Source: Candidatus Thermofontivivens primus (GTDB lineage Bacteria; Sysuimicrobiota; Sysuimicrobiia; Sysuimicrobiales; Thermofontiviventaceae). From it: DNA of 64,000 nucleotides. Below are positions 41,568 to 51,147 of this stretch, piece after piece; position 1 is the stretch's first letter, and every line of letters starts with the position of its first letter. The notes beneath the pieces are model-generated. The model worked only from the letters and a program-made list of their open reading frames with translations, was not told the origin of the DNA and searched no databases. Both the position numbers and the translations under genes were made by a program. The stretch lies in NCBI GenBank assembly GCA_031458695.1, contig JAVKJW010000001.1:192001-256000 (forward strand), read 5' to 3'.

Positions 41568-43655
41568 CTACAGGGTCATCACAATCTTGGAGAGATCGGC
41601 GAGCCGGCGGAAGGTTTGCACAACGAGATACAGGAGGGAGAGCCTTGCCGTGCGGACCTTTTCATCGGGGTCCATGATGAGGACCTCCTCGAAAAGGCGG
41701 TCCACAGGGTCCGCGAACTTGAGAAGGACTCTCCAGGCGTCCTGGTAGCGCTTCTCCCGGACGAGGGCTTCCACTTCTGGGCCCACGGCGCGCGCTATCT
41801 CATAGAGGGTCTTTTCAGCCTTTTCGGTGAGGAGCGGTGCCCACGTGGCTGGGTCTCCCCCAAGGATCGGAGCCATTTCCTTGGGAAGGATCCGGGAGGC
41901 GCGGTCGTAGGCGATGAACAGACGGGGGAATTCTGGCCATTCCCGCACCTGTGCCAGCGCAACCGCCCGGCCGTGCGCCTCTACAGGGTCATCGTGATCT
42001 ACCGCGAGAGTGGCATCCACTACGTCGTAGGGGATTCCTTCTTCCAGGAGCGTGGCCCTCAGGCGTGTGCGGAGGAACTCCTTCGTTTCCTCATAGGTCC
42101 TTTCCCCACCTGCGTCCTCCCATCCGTACGCCTCCTGGACGACGCGGATGAGTGCAGGGAGGGAGAGGTGAAGGTTGTGAGCGAAAAGTGTTGCGAACAC
42201 CCCCTGGGCTGCTCTCCGCAACCCGTAGGGGTCTTGCGATCCCGTCGGGGCAAGGTCTCTTGAGATCGCCCCCACGAGCGTGTCCATCCTGTCGGCAATG
42301 GCCAGGATCGCACCGAGCAATGTCCGAGGAGGGACGTCTTCGGCCGCCCTCGGCCGGTAATGGTCCTCCAAGGCCGCCGCAACCTCGAAAGGCTCACCAT
42401 CGAGGAGGGCGTAGATGCGCCCCATGACCCCCTGGAGCTCAGGGAACTCCCCTACCATGTGCGTGAGGAGGTCAGCCTTACAGAGAAGGACGGCCCGGCG
42501 CGCTTTCTCTCGCAGCTCCTCTGCCCCGACGACACGACAGATCCAGTCCACGATGGTCTCGAGGCGTTTGACCTTGTCGTACAAGGTCCCCAACCCTTCC
42601 AAGAAGAGAACGCCCTTCAGCTGCTCCACGCGCTCCTCCAGGCGAGTCTTGCGGTCCTCGCGGAAGAAGAACCGCGCGTCCGCGAGCCTGGCCCGGAGGA
42701 CCCACTCGTGCCCCTCCCGTACGGTGTCCAGGCCTGTCTCGGGGCCATCGCGTACCGCAAGGAAGAAGGGGAGCAATGTTCCTTCGGACCCTTCCACAGG
42801 GAAATACTTCTGGTGGTGTTGCATTACCGTCACCAGGACCTCCTCGGGCAGGTCGAGGAACTCTTCTGAGAACCTCCCCAGGAGGACCGTGGGCCATTCC
42901 ACGGTGTATACGATCTCCTGGAGCAGGGCGGGGTCGATGCGTGGCCTCCCGCCTACGCGCTGGGCGGCGTGTACGAGCTGCTCGCGGATCATCGCTTCCC
43001 TCTCTTCCTGGTCCAGGAGGACCGAGGCCTCCTGGAGCACCTTGAGATAGTCCTTGGGATCCCGGACAGAGGAGGGGCCTGGGGAGGCAAACCTGTGCCC
43101 GCGGGTCATCCTCCCACTTGCGACTCCGGCAAAGCTCGTCGGGATCACTTCCTCCCCATACAGGGCCACGATCCAGCGCACAGGGCGGGCGAACCGGCTC
43201 TCTCCCTCCCCCCAGCGCATGGTCTTCGGGAAGGCCAGTGCTCCAAACAGGCGGGGGAAGATCTCACTCAGCACCTCTAAGGCAGGCCTTGTAGGCTCTT
43301 GGACGAGGGCAAAAACGTACTCCCCCTCCTCCGTCCGCTGGCGTACGAGCGCCTCCACCGCGACTCCTTGGCTCCGGGCAAAACCCAGGGCTGCCTTCGT
43401 CGGCTTCCCATGCTCGTCATAGGCAACCTTGACCGCGGGGCCGCGTACCATCCGTACCGACTCCTTTTGGCGTGGAGCGACCTCCTGCGCATACAAGACC
43501 AGCCTACGGGGAGTTCCGTAGACGCGGATCCCGTGCACCTCAAGGCGGGCTTCGCGGAAGACCTCCTCTGCAAGGGAGGAGAGTTGCTGCAGGGCCTGAG
43601 GGACGGCCCTGGGGGGCAGCTCCTCGGTTCCGAGCTCAAACAGCAACGATGGCAT
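41568..43655 (-). CDS. glyS: Glycine-tRNA ligase beta subunit
   Basis: FELGTEELP, TPRRL, FPKTMRW, EFPELQGVMG, GSQDPYGLRR. Confidence 0.98.
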   Translation of the reverse strand: MPSLLFELGTEELPPRAVPQALQQLSSLAEEVFREARLEVHGIRVYGTPRRLVLYAQEVAPRQKESVRMVRGPAVKVAYDEHGKPTKAALGFARSQGVAVEALVRQRTEEGEYVFALVQEPTRPALEVLSEIFPRLFGALAFPKTMRWGEGESRFARPVRWIVALYGEEVIPTSFAGVASGRMTRGHRFASPGPSSVRDPKDYLKVLQEASVLLDQEEREAMIREQLVHAAQRVGGRPRIDPALLQEIVYTVEWPTVLLGRFSEEFLDLPEEVLVTVMQHHQKYFPVEGSEGTLLPFFLAVRDGPETGLDTVREGHEWVLRARLADARFFFREDRKTRLEERVEQLKGVLFLEGLGTLYDKVKRLETIVDWICRVVGAEELREKARRAVLLCKADLLTHMVGEFPELQGVMGRIYALLDGEPFEVAAALEDHYRPRAAEDVPPRTLLGAILAIADRMDTLVGAISRDLAPTGSQDPYGLRRAAQGVFATLFAHNLHLSLPALIRVVQEAYGWEDAGGERTYEETKEFLRTRLRATLLEEGIPYDVVDATLAVDHDDPVEAHGRAVALAQVREWPEFPRLFIAYDRASRILPKEMAPILGGDPATWAPLLTEKAEKTLYEIARAVGPEVEALVREKRYQDAWRVLLKFADPVDRLFEEVLIMDPDEKVRTARLSLLYLVVQTFRRLADLSKIVMTL

Positions 43656-43665
43656 GAGGGTCTCC

Positions 43666-44565
43666 TCAGGGGACGGCCGCCTGGGCAGGGAGGAGCGGGA
43701 AGCCCATCGCCTCCCGGCGCCGGATATACCGTACGGCGCACTCCTTGGCCAGTGCCCGACACCGGCCCATGAGGGCTGTCCGCTCCGCCACGCTCACGGC
43801 GCCGCGTGCATCCAGGAGGTTGAACACGTGGGAGCACTTCAGCACGTAGTCATACCCGGGCAGGACCAGATCCTTCTCCAGGAGGCGCCTAGCCTCTAGC
43901 TCGAAAGCGTCGAAGAGGGCTCGAAGCATGGCCGTGTCGGCTTCCTCGAAGCTGTAGACAGAGTGCTCGTACTCCTCCTGTCGCCGGACCTCCCCGTAGC
44001 TGACGCCCGGGGCCCACTCTAGACTGAACACATCCTCTTTCCTCTGGATGTACATGGCGATGCGCTCCAGGCCGTAGGTAATCTCGCAGGAGACAGGTTT
44101 CACGTCGATGCCCCCGACTTGCTGGAAGTAGGTAAACTGGGTGATCTCCTGGCCGTCCAAGAAGATCTGCCACCCCAGTCCCCACGCGCCCAAGGTGGGG
44201 GATTCCCAATCGTCTTCTAGGAACTTGATATCATGGACACGCAGGTCGATCCCGAGCTCTCGCAAGCTTTCCAGGTAGAGGTCCTGGACGTCCTCTGGAG
44301 AAGGCTTGAGGATCACCTGGAACTGGTAGTGTTTGAACAGACGGTTCGGGTTCTCTCCATAGCGGCCGTCCACGGGACGCCGGCTCGGCTGGACGTAGGC
44401 GACCCGCCAAGGCTCCGGCCCGAGGGCTCGCAGGAAGGTCTGAGGGTGCATTGTCCCAGCGCCCACCTCGACGTCGTAGGCCTGGTCAATCAGACACCCT
44501 TGGTTCGCCCAGAACCGCTCCAGGGCAAAGATGATCTCCTGAAACGTCATTGCACGCTCCTTCAT
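43666..44565 (-). CDS. glyQ: Glycine-tRNA ligase alpha subunit
   Basis: [35 protein letters not shown]. Confidence 0.99.
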   Translation of the reverse strand: MKERAMTFQEIIFALERFWANQGCLIDQAYDVEVGAGTMHPQTFLRALGPEPWRVAYVQPSRRPVDGRYGENPNRLFKHYQFQVILKPSPEDVQDLYLESLRELGIDLRVHDIKFLEDDWESPTLGAWGLGWQIFLDGQEITQFTYFQQVGGIDVKPVSCEITYGLERIAMYIQRKEDVFSLEWAPGVSYGEVRRQEEYEHSVYSFEEADTAMLRALFDAFELEARRLLEKDLVLPGYDYVLKCSHVFNLLDARGAVSVAERTALMGRCRALAKECAVRYIRRREAMGFPLLPAQAAVP

Positions 44566-44643
44566 TCCCTCGCTCTTTCCCCCTTGAGAAGGATTTCAGA
44601 TGGGGTGCATGGTGGGGGCTTCTTTCACCTTGTCTCCATGGTT

Positions 44644-44889
44644 TCAGCCGATACCCAGAGGTTCCTCCTCCCGCTCCCTTGACCGGGTTCCAAGGGTAGC
44701 TGCGAGCAAGGCGGCGGCAAAGGCGACGACACCTGCCACGGCCCATGCGGTGGGAAGCTCGATGACCCGGTCCTCCGCTCGGATCCGCACCTCCCCGGGT
44801 GGGCCGGGGCGGATCACATTGCGGGCTTCCTCGAGCGCCGCCCCTAGTTGTACTACGGCGCGAGAGATCCGCTCAAGATCGATCTCCAC
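44644..44889 (-). CDS. Small membrane protein, possibly DUF4342-like
   Basis: GTG after GGAGGTGG; 'EVRIRAEDRVIELPTAWAVAG' then a hydrophobic helix; recO-glyQ position. Confidence 0.5.
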   Translation of the reverse strand: MEIDLERISRAVVQLGAALEEARNVIRPGPPGEVRIRAEDRVIELPTAWAVAGVVAFAAALLAATLGTRSREREEEPLGIG

Positions 44890-45013
44890 AACACCACCTC
44901 CTGTGCCTTCGCGGCACCCGCATGTGCGTTCACTCCTCATTCCATCGTGAAAGGTCTCTGGCTTTTGCTGGAAGCTCCTCTGGAAATACCCTGACGTCCT
45001 CAGCGAAATCTTG

Positions 45014-45793
45014 TCAAGAGATTTCGCTGGGCCTACCTCGATTCCCCTTCTCGGTACCCTCCAGGCGGCGGATCACTCGGGGGGCCTGAAGATGCGTCTC
45101 AAGCTGGTTTTCTGCAAATTCGATGAGAATCTGGCGGATCCTCTCCCGCGTTCCTGGGTCCCCCATAGCTGGACCAGGACCTGTGCGCGATCCTCGCAGA
45201 AGGTTCTTCAATCCTGCGAGCACCAGGCCATCCACTGTCCATGCGCCGGGGTCCTGGTCTCCACACCGGCGGCAGAGCACCCCTCCGAGAGAGGTGCTGA
45301 ATCGCGGAAAGGGCCCGAGGGAACGCCCGCAACCCACGCAGCGGTCCAGGCTCGGCCGGTACCCCTGGAGGATGAGGAGCCTCAGGCTGAAGCGTAGCGC
45401 CGCGACCTCGGGATCCCCATTGCACATCCCTCTTAGGGTATCGATGAGGAGGTGGAAGAGCTGGGCGTGTGGCTCGCGGGTCGCTGTCGCTTTGTCGACG
45501 AGCTCGACCGCATACGCCGCATAGGCCATGCGCTGGAGATCGGTGCGTAGCGCCCCAAACGGCTCCACGACCTCCACCTGGGTCAGGATGTCCAGGGAGC
45601 GACCTGAGGCCAAGAGGGCTCGGAGATGGGTATAGGGCTCGACGCGACCTCCGAGGCGGCTCGTCGGCTTTCTCGCTCCTCTGGCGACGGCATAGAGCTT
45701 CCCGTGCTCCCGGGTGTACAGGGTAACCAAGCGGTCCGCCTCGCCTAGTGCAACCCGGCGGAGCACGATCCCCTCAGCGCGATAGACTGGCAT
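45014..45793 (-). CDS. recO: DNA repair protein RecO
   Basis: EGIVLR..GEADRLVTLYT..GK, ARGARKP.SRL, CxxC...CxxC zinc finger. Confidence 0.95.
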   Translation of the reverse strand: MPVYRAEGIVLRRVALGEADRLVTLYTREHGKLYAVARGARKPTSRLGGRVEPYTHLRALLASGRSLDILTQVEVVEPFGALRTDLQRMAYAAYAVELVDKATATREPHAQLFHLLIDTLRGMCNGDPEVAALRFSLRLLILQGYRPSLDRCVGCGRSLGPFPRFSTSLGGVLCRRCGDQDPGAWTVDGLVLAGLKNLLRGSRTGPGPAMGDPGTRERIRQILIEFAENQLETHLQAPRVIRRLEGTEKGNRGRPSEIS

Positions 45794-45807
45794 TTTGCCT
45801 CTCCTTC

Positions 45808-46233
45808 TCACTCCCTCCCTGTTCCTGTTCTCTGGCGCTTGGGGAGGAACAGGAACGGCTCTGGGAGGAGCTCGCTGAGGTTCTTCGTGATCACCTTCCT
45901 CCCCCTGGGCGTAGCCATGATCACCGTCTCGATCCCGAACTCGGCCATGACCTGCCTGCAAGCCCCGCATGGGGTCGGTGGTTCAGCTCCTTCTGCTACG
46001 ACGGCGATGGCCAGGAGGCGGCGTTTCCCCATGGAGACGGCTTTATGGATGGCTACCCGCTCGGCGCAGTGGGAGAGGCCGTAGCTCACGTTCTCGACAT
46101 TACACCCCGTCACGACAGTCCCGTCGACAGCCCAGACGGCTGCCCCTACCTTAAACCCGGAGTAGGGAGCGTACGCCTTACGGCGTGCGTCCCGGGCGGC
46201 TCGCACGAGGGTGGTCATCTGCTCTGGGTTCAT
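45808..46233 (-). CDS. cdd: Cytidine deaminase
   Basis: YAPYSGFKVGAA, GCNVEN, CAER, PCGACRQ. Confidence 0.96.
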   Translation of the reverse strand: MNPEQMTTLVRAARDARRKAYAPYSGFKVGAAVWAVDGTVVTGCNVENVSYGLSHCAERVAIHKAVSMGKRRLLAIAVVAEGAEPPTPCGACRQVMAEFGIETVIMATPRGRKVITKNLSELLPEPFLFLPKRQRTGTGRE

Positions 46234-46865
46234 AAAGGATTCCTGATCGTGATCTGGGACATATCGGGAGGGGTCACGATGCCCCCCGAGATCACCATCT
46301 TCAGCCCATCCTCGACCTTCATCTCCAAGGGGATGATCTCGCTCTCTGGGACGAGCACAAGGAAACCGGTGGTGGGGTTCGGCGTTGTCACAATGAACAC
46401 GTTGAAGACGCGCTCCGCCGTCTTCTCTTGAGCTTCCCCTACGGTCTCCCCTGTGACAAATCCCAAGGTGAACAGTCCTTTGCGGGGCCATTCCACAAGG
46501 ACCACCTTCTGGAAGGCTCCTCTCTTCCGAAGCAGGATGCTATCGCTGAGCTGCTTTGTTGCTGAGTAGATGGTGCGGGCGACGGGGATTTGCATCATCA
46601 GGCGATCCACCACCCCCATCATGCGCCTCCCCAAGACGTTCGTGGCGAAGATCCCGGTCACGAAGACAAGGAGGAAGGAGGTAGCGAGTCCAAGGCCAGG
46701 GACCGTCCTCCCCAGGAGCAGGGTGAACGCCCATCCTAGGACGCTATCGAGGAGGTGGAAGAGCCATACGAACACACTGAGGGTAATCACCACCGGCAGG
46801 AGGGTCAGGAGGCCGGCGATGAAATAATTTCGAATAGCTGACTGGAGATGACCTCGCGTGGTCAT
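46230..46865 (-). CDS. DUF502 membrane protein
   Basis: IPVARTIYSATKQL, VLVEWPR, TTPNPTTGF, VISGG. Confidence 0.9.
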   Translation of the reverse strand: MTTRGHLQSAIRNYFIAGLLTLLPVVITLSVFVWLFHLLDSVLGWAFTLLLGRTVPGLGLATSFLLVFVTGIFATNVLGRRMMGVVDRLMMQIPVARTIYSATKQLSDSILLRKRGAFQKVVLVEWPRKGLFTLGFVTGETVGEAQEKTAERVFNVFIVTTPNPTTGFLVLVPESEIIPLEMKVEDGLKMVISGGIVTPPDMSQITIRNPL

Positions 46866-46870
46866 GGCGA

Positions 46871-48136
46871 TCAGGAGGGTGCTTCCTTGGTGATCTTCAC
46901 CTTGGCGATCCGCTGCCCTTCAATTTTTTCGACGCGGATCTCTACCCCGTCGGCCTGCACCGTCTCTCCTTGTTCAGGGACGTGCCCGAGGATGCTGTAA
47001 ACATACCCTCCGACGGTATCGACCTCTTCAGTCGGGAGGGCGATACCCAGCAGCTCGTTGAGCTCCTCCAGGTTCATCCGTGCATCCACGAGCGCGGTGC
47101 GGTCGTCCAGGATCTCCACCATCTTCTCCTCCACGTCGTATTCATCGAGGATCGGCCCAACGATCTCCTCAAGGAGGTCCTCGATCGTAACGAGCCCTGC
47201 CGTCCCCCCGTACTCGTCCACGACAATAGCCATGTGCACCTTCTTCCGCTGCATTTCCTGGAAGAGGTCGTCCACTTTCTTTGTCTCCGGAACGAAGTAC
47301 GGCGGCCGCATGATTTCTCTGGCCTTGATGTCCAGCCGTCCCTGCTTCAGGTAGGGGAGCAGGTCCTTGACGTGGATGATCCCCACGATGTGGTCGATGC
47401 TCCCTGTGTAGACGGGGATCCGGGTGTGCCCCTCCCTGTTGACGATATCTAGGATCTCCCCGATGGGCGTCTCATCCTCCACGCACACCATGTCGATGCG
47501 CGGGACCATGACCTCCCGGACAATGGTCTCCCCGAATTCAAAGATCGAGTGGATCATCTCCCGCTCATCCTCCTCCAGGACGCCTTCCTCCTCCCCCAGC
47601 TTCACGAGCTGCTTGATCTCCTCCTCGGTGACGAGCGGGGAGCGCAGGTTCACCCTAGCGCCGAGGGGACGGATGAGCAGGTCGGAGATCAAAGAAAGCC
47701 CCTTGACGAGGGGCGCGAACAGGATCCCTAGGACATGGATCGGGCGGACCACCCAGAGAACGATCCTGTCTGCGTACCGGGCAGCGATGGTCTTCGGGGT
47801 GATCTCCCCGAGGACCAAGAGGAGGAGGGTCATCACCACGATCGCGACCCATTGGCCTTCCCCCAAGCCAAAGAGGCGGATGAAGAGTCCCGAGGCGATG
47901 ACCGATGCAGCCACATTGACGACGTTATTCCCCACGAGGAGGGTGGTCAGGAGATAGCCTGGCTCCTCGATGAGGCGCAACGCCAGCGAGGCCTGGAGAT
48001 GTCCTTCATCCCTGAGATTCCTCAGGCGCAGGCGGTTCGCCGCGAAAAAGGCTGTCTCCGACCCGGAGAAGAATGCAGAGCACAGGAGAAGGATCCCTAA
48101 CGCAATGAGCTCCATCCAATAACTTGACGCGTCCAA
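46871..48136 (-). CDS. HlyC/CorC-family (CNNM-CBS) transporter-associated protein
   Basis: [42 protein letters not shown]. Confidence 0.93.
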   Translation of the reverse strand: MDASSYWMELIALGILLLCSAFFSGSETAFFAANRLRLRNLRDEGHLQASLALRLIEEPGYLLTTLLVGNNVVNVAASVIASGLFIRLFGLGEGQWVAIVVMTLLLLVLGEITPKTIAARYADRIVLWVVRPIHVLGILFAPLVKGLSLISDLLIRPLGARVNLRSPLVTEEEIKQLVKLGEEEGVLEEDEREMIHSIFEFGETIVREVMVPRIDMVCVEDETPIGEILDIVNREGHTRIPVYTGSIDHIVGIIHVKDLLPYLKQGRLDIKAREIMRPPYFVPETKKVDDLFQEMQRKKVHMAIVVDEYGGTAGLVTIEDLLEEIVGPILDEYDVEEKMVEILDDRTALVDARMNLEELNELLGIALPTEEVDTVGGYVYSILGHVPEQGETVQADGVEIRVEKIEGQRIAKVKITKEAPS

Positions 48137-48232
48137 CGAGTCCTTCCCCCACCTTTCTCTTGCTGCTTGAACTCAAATTATATCATACCATAACCCTACG
48201 ACTCCCCACAAAACCCAGTGGCTAGCCAAGGC

Positions 48233-48280
48233 TTGACGCGAGTACAACCCTCTGGTAGAATCTGACCGACCAGTCAGTCA
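48233..48280 (+). promoter_or_regulatory. mqn operon promoter with TetR-like operator at the start site
   Basis: TTGACG-17 bp-(TGn)TAGAAT followed by TGACCGACCAGTCAGTCA (14/18 palindromic). Confidence 0.75.
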
Positions 48281-48293
48281 AATCCAAGGAACC

Positions 48294-49445
48294 ATGATGG
48301 GGATGCGCAAGATCCGGGCGAAGGTCCTTGCGGGAGAACGCATTACCCTCGAGGAGGGGATTGCCCTCTACAAAGAGGCCGACCTCCTGGAACTTGGCCA
48401 GCTAGCCAACATCTTGCGGTACCGGCACAACCCGCGTCCTGAGGTGACCTTCGTCATCGATACCAATCCCAACTACACGAACGTGTGTGATACCGATTGC
48501 CTCTTCTGCGCTTTCTACCGCAAGCCCGGGGCACCGGACGCATATACGTACTCCGTCGAGGAGATGATGGAGAGGATCGGTCAGGCGGTGGCACAGGGCG
48601 CGACAACCGTCCTCCTCCAGGGTGGTCACAACCCTGCCTTGCCCTTTGAGTACTACCTGGAGCTCGTCCGGGAGACCTGCCGCCGGTTCCCCCACGTCAC
48701 ACCACACTTCTTCTCGGCCTCGGAGATCCAGGCCATGCACCGCTACTTTGGTCTCCCTGTGCGCGAGATCCTCCTACGCCTCCGGGAGGCAGGGATGTAC
48801 ACGCTCCCTGGGGGTGGTGCAGAGATCCTCTCGGCTCGTGTACGAAAGCGCATCAGCCCCAAGAAGGGAGGGCCAGAGGAGTGGCTGGAGGTTCACAGGG
48901 AAGCCCATAGGCTAGGATTCCGCACCACGGCGACGATGATGTACGGCCACGTCGAGCAACCCGAGGATATCCTCGAACACCTAGAGCACCTCCGGCGCCT
49001 CCAGGACGAGACGGGAGGGTTCACGGCGTTCATTCCCTGGAGCTTCAAACCGGCCAATACTCGTCTCCAGAAATGGGTCCCCACTGGCGCCGGGCCAAAC
49101 GAGTACCTACGCATCATCGCTCTCTCCCGTGTCTACCTGGACAACTTCCCCCACATCCAGGCTTCGTGGTTCTCCGAAGGGAAGCGCGCAGGTCAGGTCG
49201 CCCTGCACTTTGGCGCTGACGACTTCGGTGGCACCTTGATCGAGGAGAACGTCCACCGGGCGGCAGATTTCGTCAATACGACGACGCTGGAGGATGTCGT
49301 CACCATGATCCGGGAGGCCGGGTTCATCCCGGTACAACGCACAACGCTGTACGAGCGTATCCGGGTCTTTGCAGAAGGTGTCCCGCAATCCCCTTCCCCA
49401 GTGGAGGGAGTCCATGAGAGTGTTGCGCATCGGCCACAGTCCTGA
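48294..49445 (+). CDS. mqnC: Cyclic dehypoxanthine futalosine synthase (radical SAM)
   Basis: NYTNVCDTDCLFCAF, LLQGG.NP, LPGGGAEIL, GADDFGGTL.EENV; mqn context. Confidence 0.9.
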   Translation: MMGMRKIRAKVLAGERITLEEGIALYKEADLLELGQLANILRYRHNPRPEVTFVIDTNPNYTNVCDTDCLFCAFYRKPGAPDAYTYSVEEMMERIGQAVAQGATTVLLQGGHNPALPFEYYLELVRETCRRFPHVTPHFFSASEIQAMHRYFGLPVREILLRLREAGMYTLPGGGAEILSARVRKRISPKKGGPEEWLEVHREAHRLGFRTTATMMYGHVEQPEDILEHLEHLRRLQDETGGFTAFIPWSFKPANTRLQKWVPTGAGPNEYLRIIALSRVYLDNFPHIQASWFSEGKRAGQVALHFGADDFGGTLIEENVHRAADFVNTTTLEDVVTMIREAGFIPVQRTTLYERIRVFAEGVPQSPSPVEGVHESVAHRPQS

Positions 49446-50262
49446 CCCAGACGATGCCTTCATGTTCTACGGCTTCGCCTGTGGAGCCGTCCAGATGGAA
49501 GGGTATGAGATCGAGCATGTCCTTGAGGACATCGCCACCCTGAACGTCCGGGCGACGCGCGGGGAGCTTGAGGTCACCGCCCTCTCCGCCGCGACCTACC
49601 CCCATGTGGCAGGACGCTACCGGCTTCTGGCCACAGGTGCATCGCTCGGGATCGGATACGGCCCTGTGATCGTGTGTAAAAAGGAATCGATTGCCAGTGA
49701 GCTCACCGGGCGAACTATCGCCGTCCCGGGGAAGAGCACCACAGCCTATCTCCTCTTGCGCCTGTACCTCGAAGACTTCCAAGCCGTGGAGATCCCCTTC
49801 GATCGCATCCCCCAGGCCGTGCGAGCAGGAGAGGTGGACGCAGGGTTATTGATCCATGAGGGTCAGCTCACCTATGCCGAAATGGGCCTTGTGCCCATCC
49901 TCGACCTTGGCGCGCGCTGGCGGGAGGAGACCGGCTTCCCCCTCCCTTTGGGGCTTGACGCCGTGCGCCGGGACCTTGCGGAGGATCTCCAAGCGAGGAT
50001 CTCGCAGGCCCTTGCCGAGAGCATCCGCTATGCGTTTGCTCATGAAGAAGAGGCACTGGACTATGCCATGCAATTTGGCAGGGGCATCGACCGGGAGATC
50101 TGCCGTCGCTTTGTGCGCATGTACGTCAACGAGTACACCCTGGATCTCGGGGGGGAAGGAAAACGTGCCCTCTTGGCCCTCTACCAGAGAGCGTATGACC
50201 GTGGCCTGATCCCTGCCGTGCCTCCACTCGATCCCACGTTCCCCGGGAAGACTCCGAGTTGA
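49414..50262 (+). CDS. mqnD: 1,4-dihydroxy-6-naphthoate synthase
   Basis: GHSPDPDDAFMF, LIHEGQLTY, PLPLG, MYVNEYT. Confidence 0.92.
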   Translation: MRVLRIGHSPDPDDAFMFYGFACGAVQMEGYEIEHVLEDIATLNVRATRGELEVTALSAATYPHVAGRYRLLATGASLGIGYGPVIVCKKESIASELTGRTIAVPGKSTTAYLLLRLYLEDFQAVEIPFDRIPQAVRAGEVDAGLLIHEGQLTYAEMGLVPILDLGARWREETGFPLPLGLDAVRRDLAEDLQARISQALAESIRYAFAHEEEALDYAMQFGRGIDREICRRFVRMYVNEYTLDLGGEGKRALLALYQRAYDRGLIPAVPPLDPTFPGKTPS

Positions 50263-50274
50263 CCGGGAGTGGCC

Positions 50275-51135
50275 ATGAGAAAGCTCCTGACGTTCCTGGA
50301 GACAATCCGGTTTGAGCACACCATCTTCGCCCTCCCTTTCGCCTACATGTCGCTTCTCCTAGCTATGGACGGACTTCCTCCAGCGGGCCTCTTCGGGTGG
50401 ATCACCCTTGCCATGGTAAGCGCGAGGACCATTGGTATGGCCGTTAATCGCCTCGTCGACGTGGAGATAGACCGCCGTAATCCGAGAACCAGCACCCGTC
50501 CCTTGGTCACGGGGCGGATCACGACGAGAGAGGTAATCCTGTACACCCTTCTTGCGGGCATCCTCTTCCTAGTCAGCGTGTACCACTTGGCTCCCCTTAC
50601 ACACTTCCTCTGGCCCGTAGTGCTCGCCGCTCTCATCTGTTATCCCTATGCCAAGCGATTCACCTGGCTCACGCACTTTGCCCTTGGCGCAGTTTACCTG
50701 ATGATCCCTCCAGCGGTGTGGATCGCCGCCACGAACACCCTCGCGCCCCCCGCTGTGTTCTTGGGATTGGCCGCAGCCACCTGGGTTGCTGGGTTCGATA
50801 TCCTCTACGCCCTCCAGGATGTGGAGGTCGACCGCAAGGAGGGGATCCACTCCATCCCCGCGGATTTTGGGGTTCCGGTCTCTCTTGTTGTCGCCCGATG
50901 GCTCCACGCCATCACCGTCTTCGCCCTCTTCCTTGCCGGGAGGTCCGGTGGGTTCGGGAGTTTCTATCTCCTCGGCGTGGGGGTGACGGCTGCCCTCCTA
51001 GCCTACGAACATGCCATCGTGCGGCCTGACGACCTTTCTAGGATCCACACCAGCTTCTTCACCATGAACGGGCTGGTGAGCGTTGCCCTCTTCTTGTTCG
51101 CGCTGCTCGACAGGACCGTCCTTCGGAGTCCCTAG
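50275..51135 (+). CDS. UbiA-like prenyltransferase (MqnP)
   Basis: FEHTIFALPF, NRLVDVEIDRRNPRT, GFDILYALQD. Confidence 0.92.
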   Translation: MRKLLTFLETIRFEHTIFALPFAYMSLLLAMDGLPPAGLFGWITLAMVSARTIGMAVNRLVDVEIDRRNPRTSTRPLVTGRITTREVILYTLLAGILFLVSVYHLAPLTHFLWPVVLAALICYPYAKRFTWLTHFALGAVYLMIPPAVWIAATNTLAPPAVFLGLAAATWVAGFDILYALQDVEVDRKEGIHSIPADFGVPVSLVVARWLHAITVFALFLAGRSGGFGSFYLLGVGVTAALLAYEHAIVRPDDLSRIHTSFFTMNGLVSVALFLFALLDRTVLRSP

Positions 51136-51147
51136 GGAGGGGTATCG

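Noticed and set aside
44566..44643. Possible T-box upstream of glyQ
   Set aside because: Gap is only ~78 bp and has no GGTGGNACC T-box motif.
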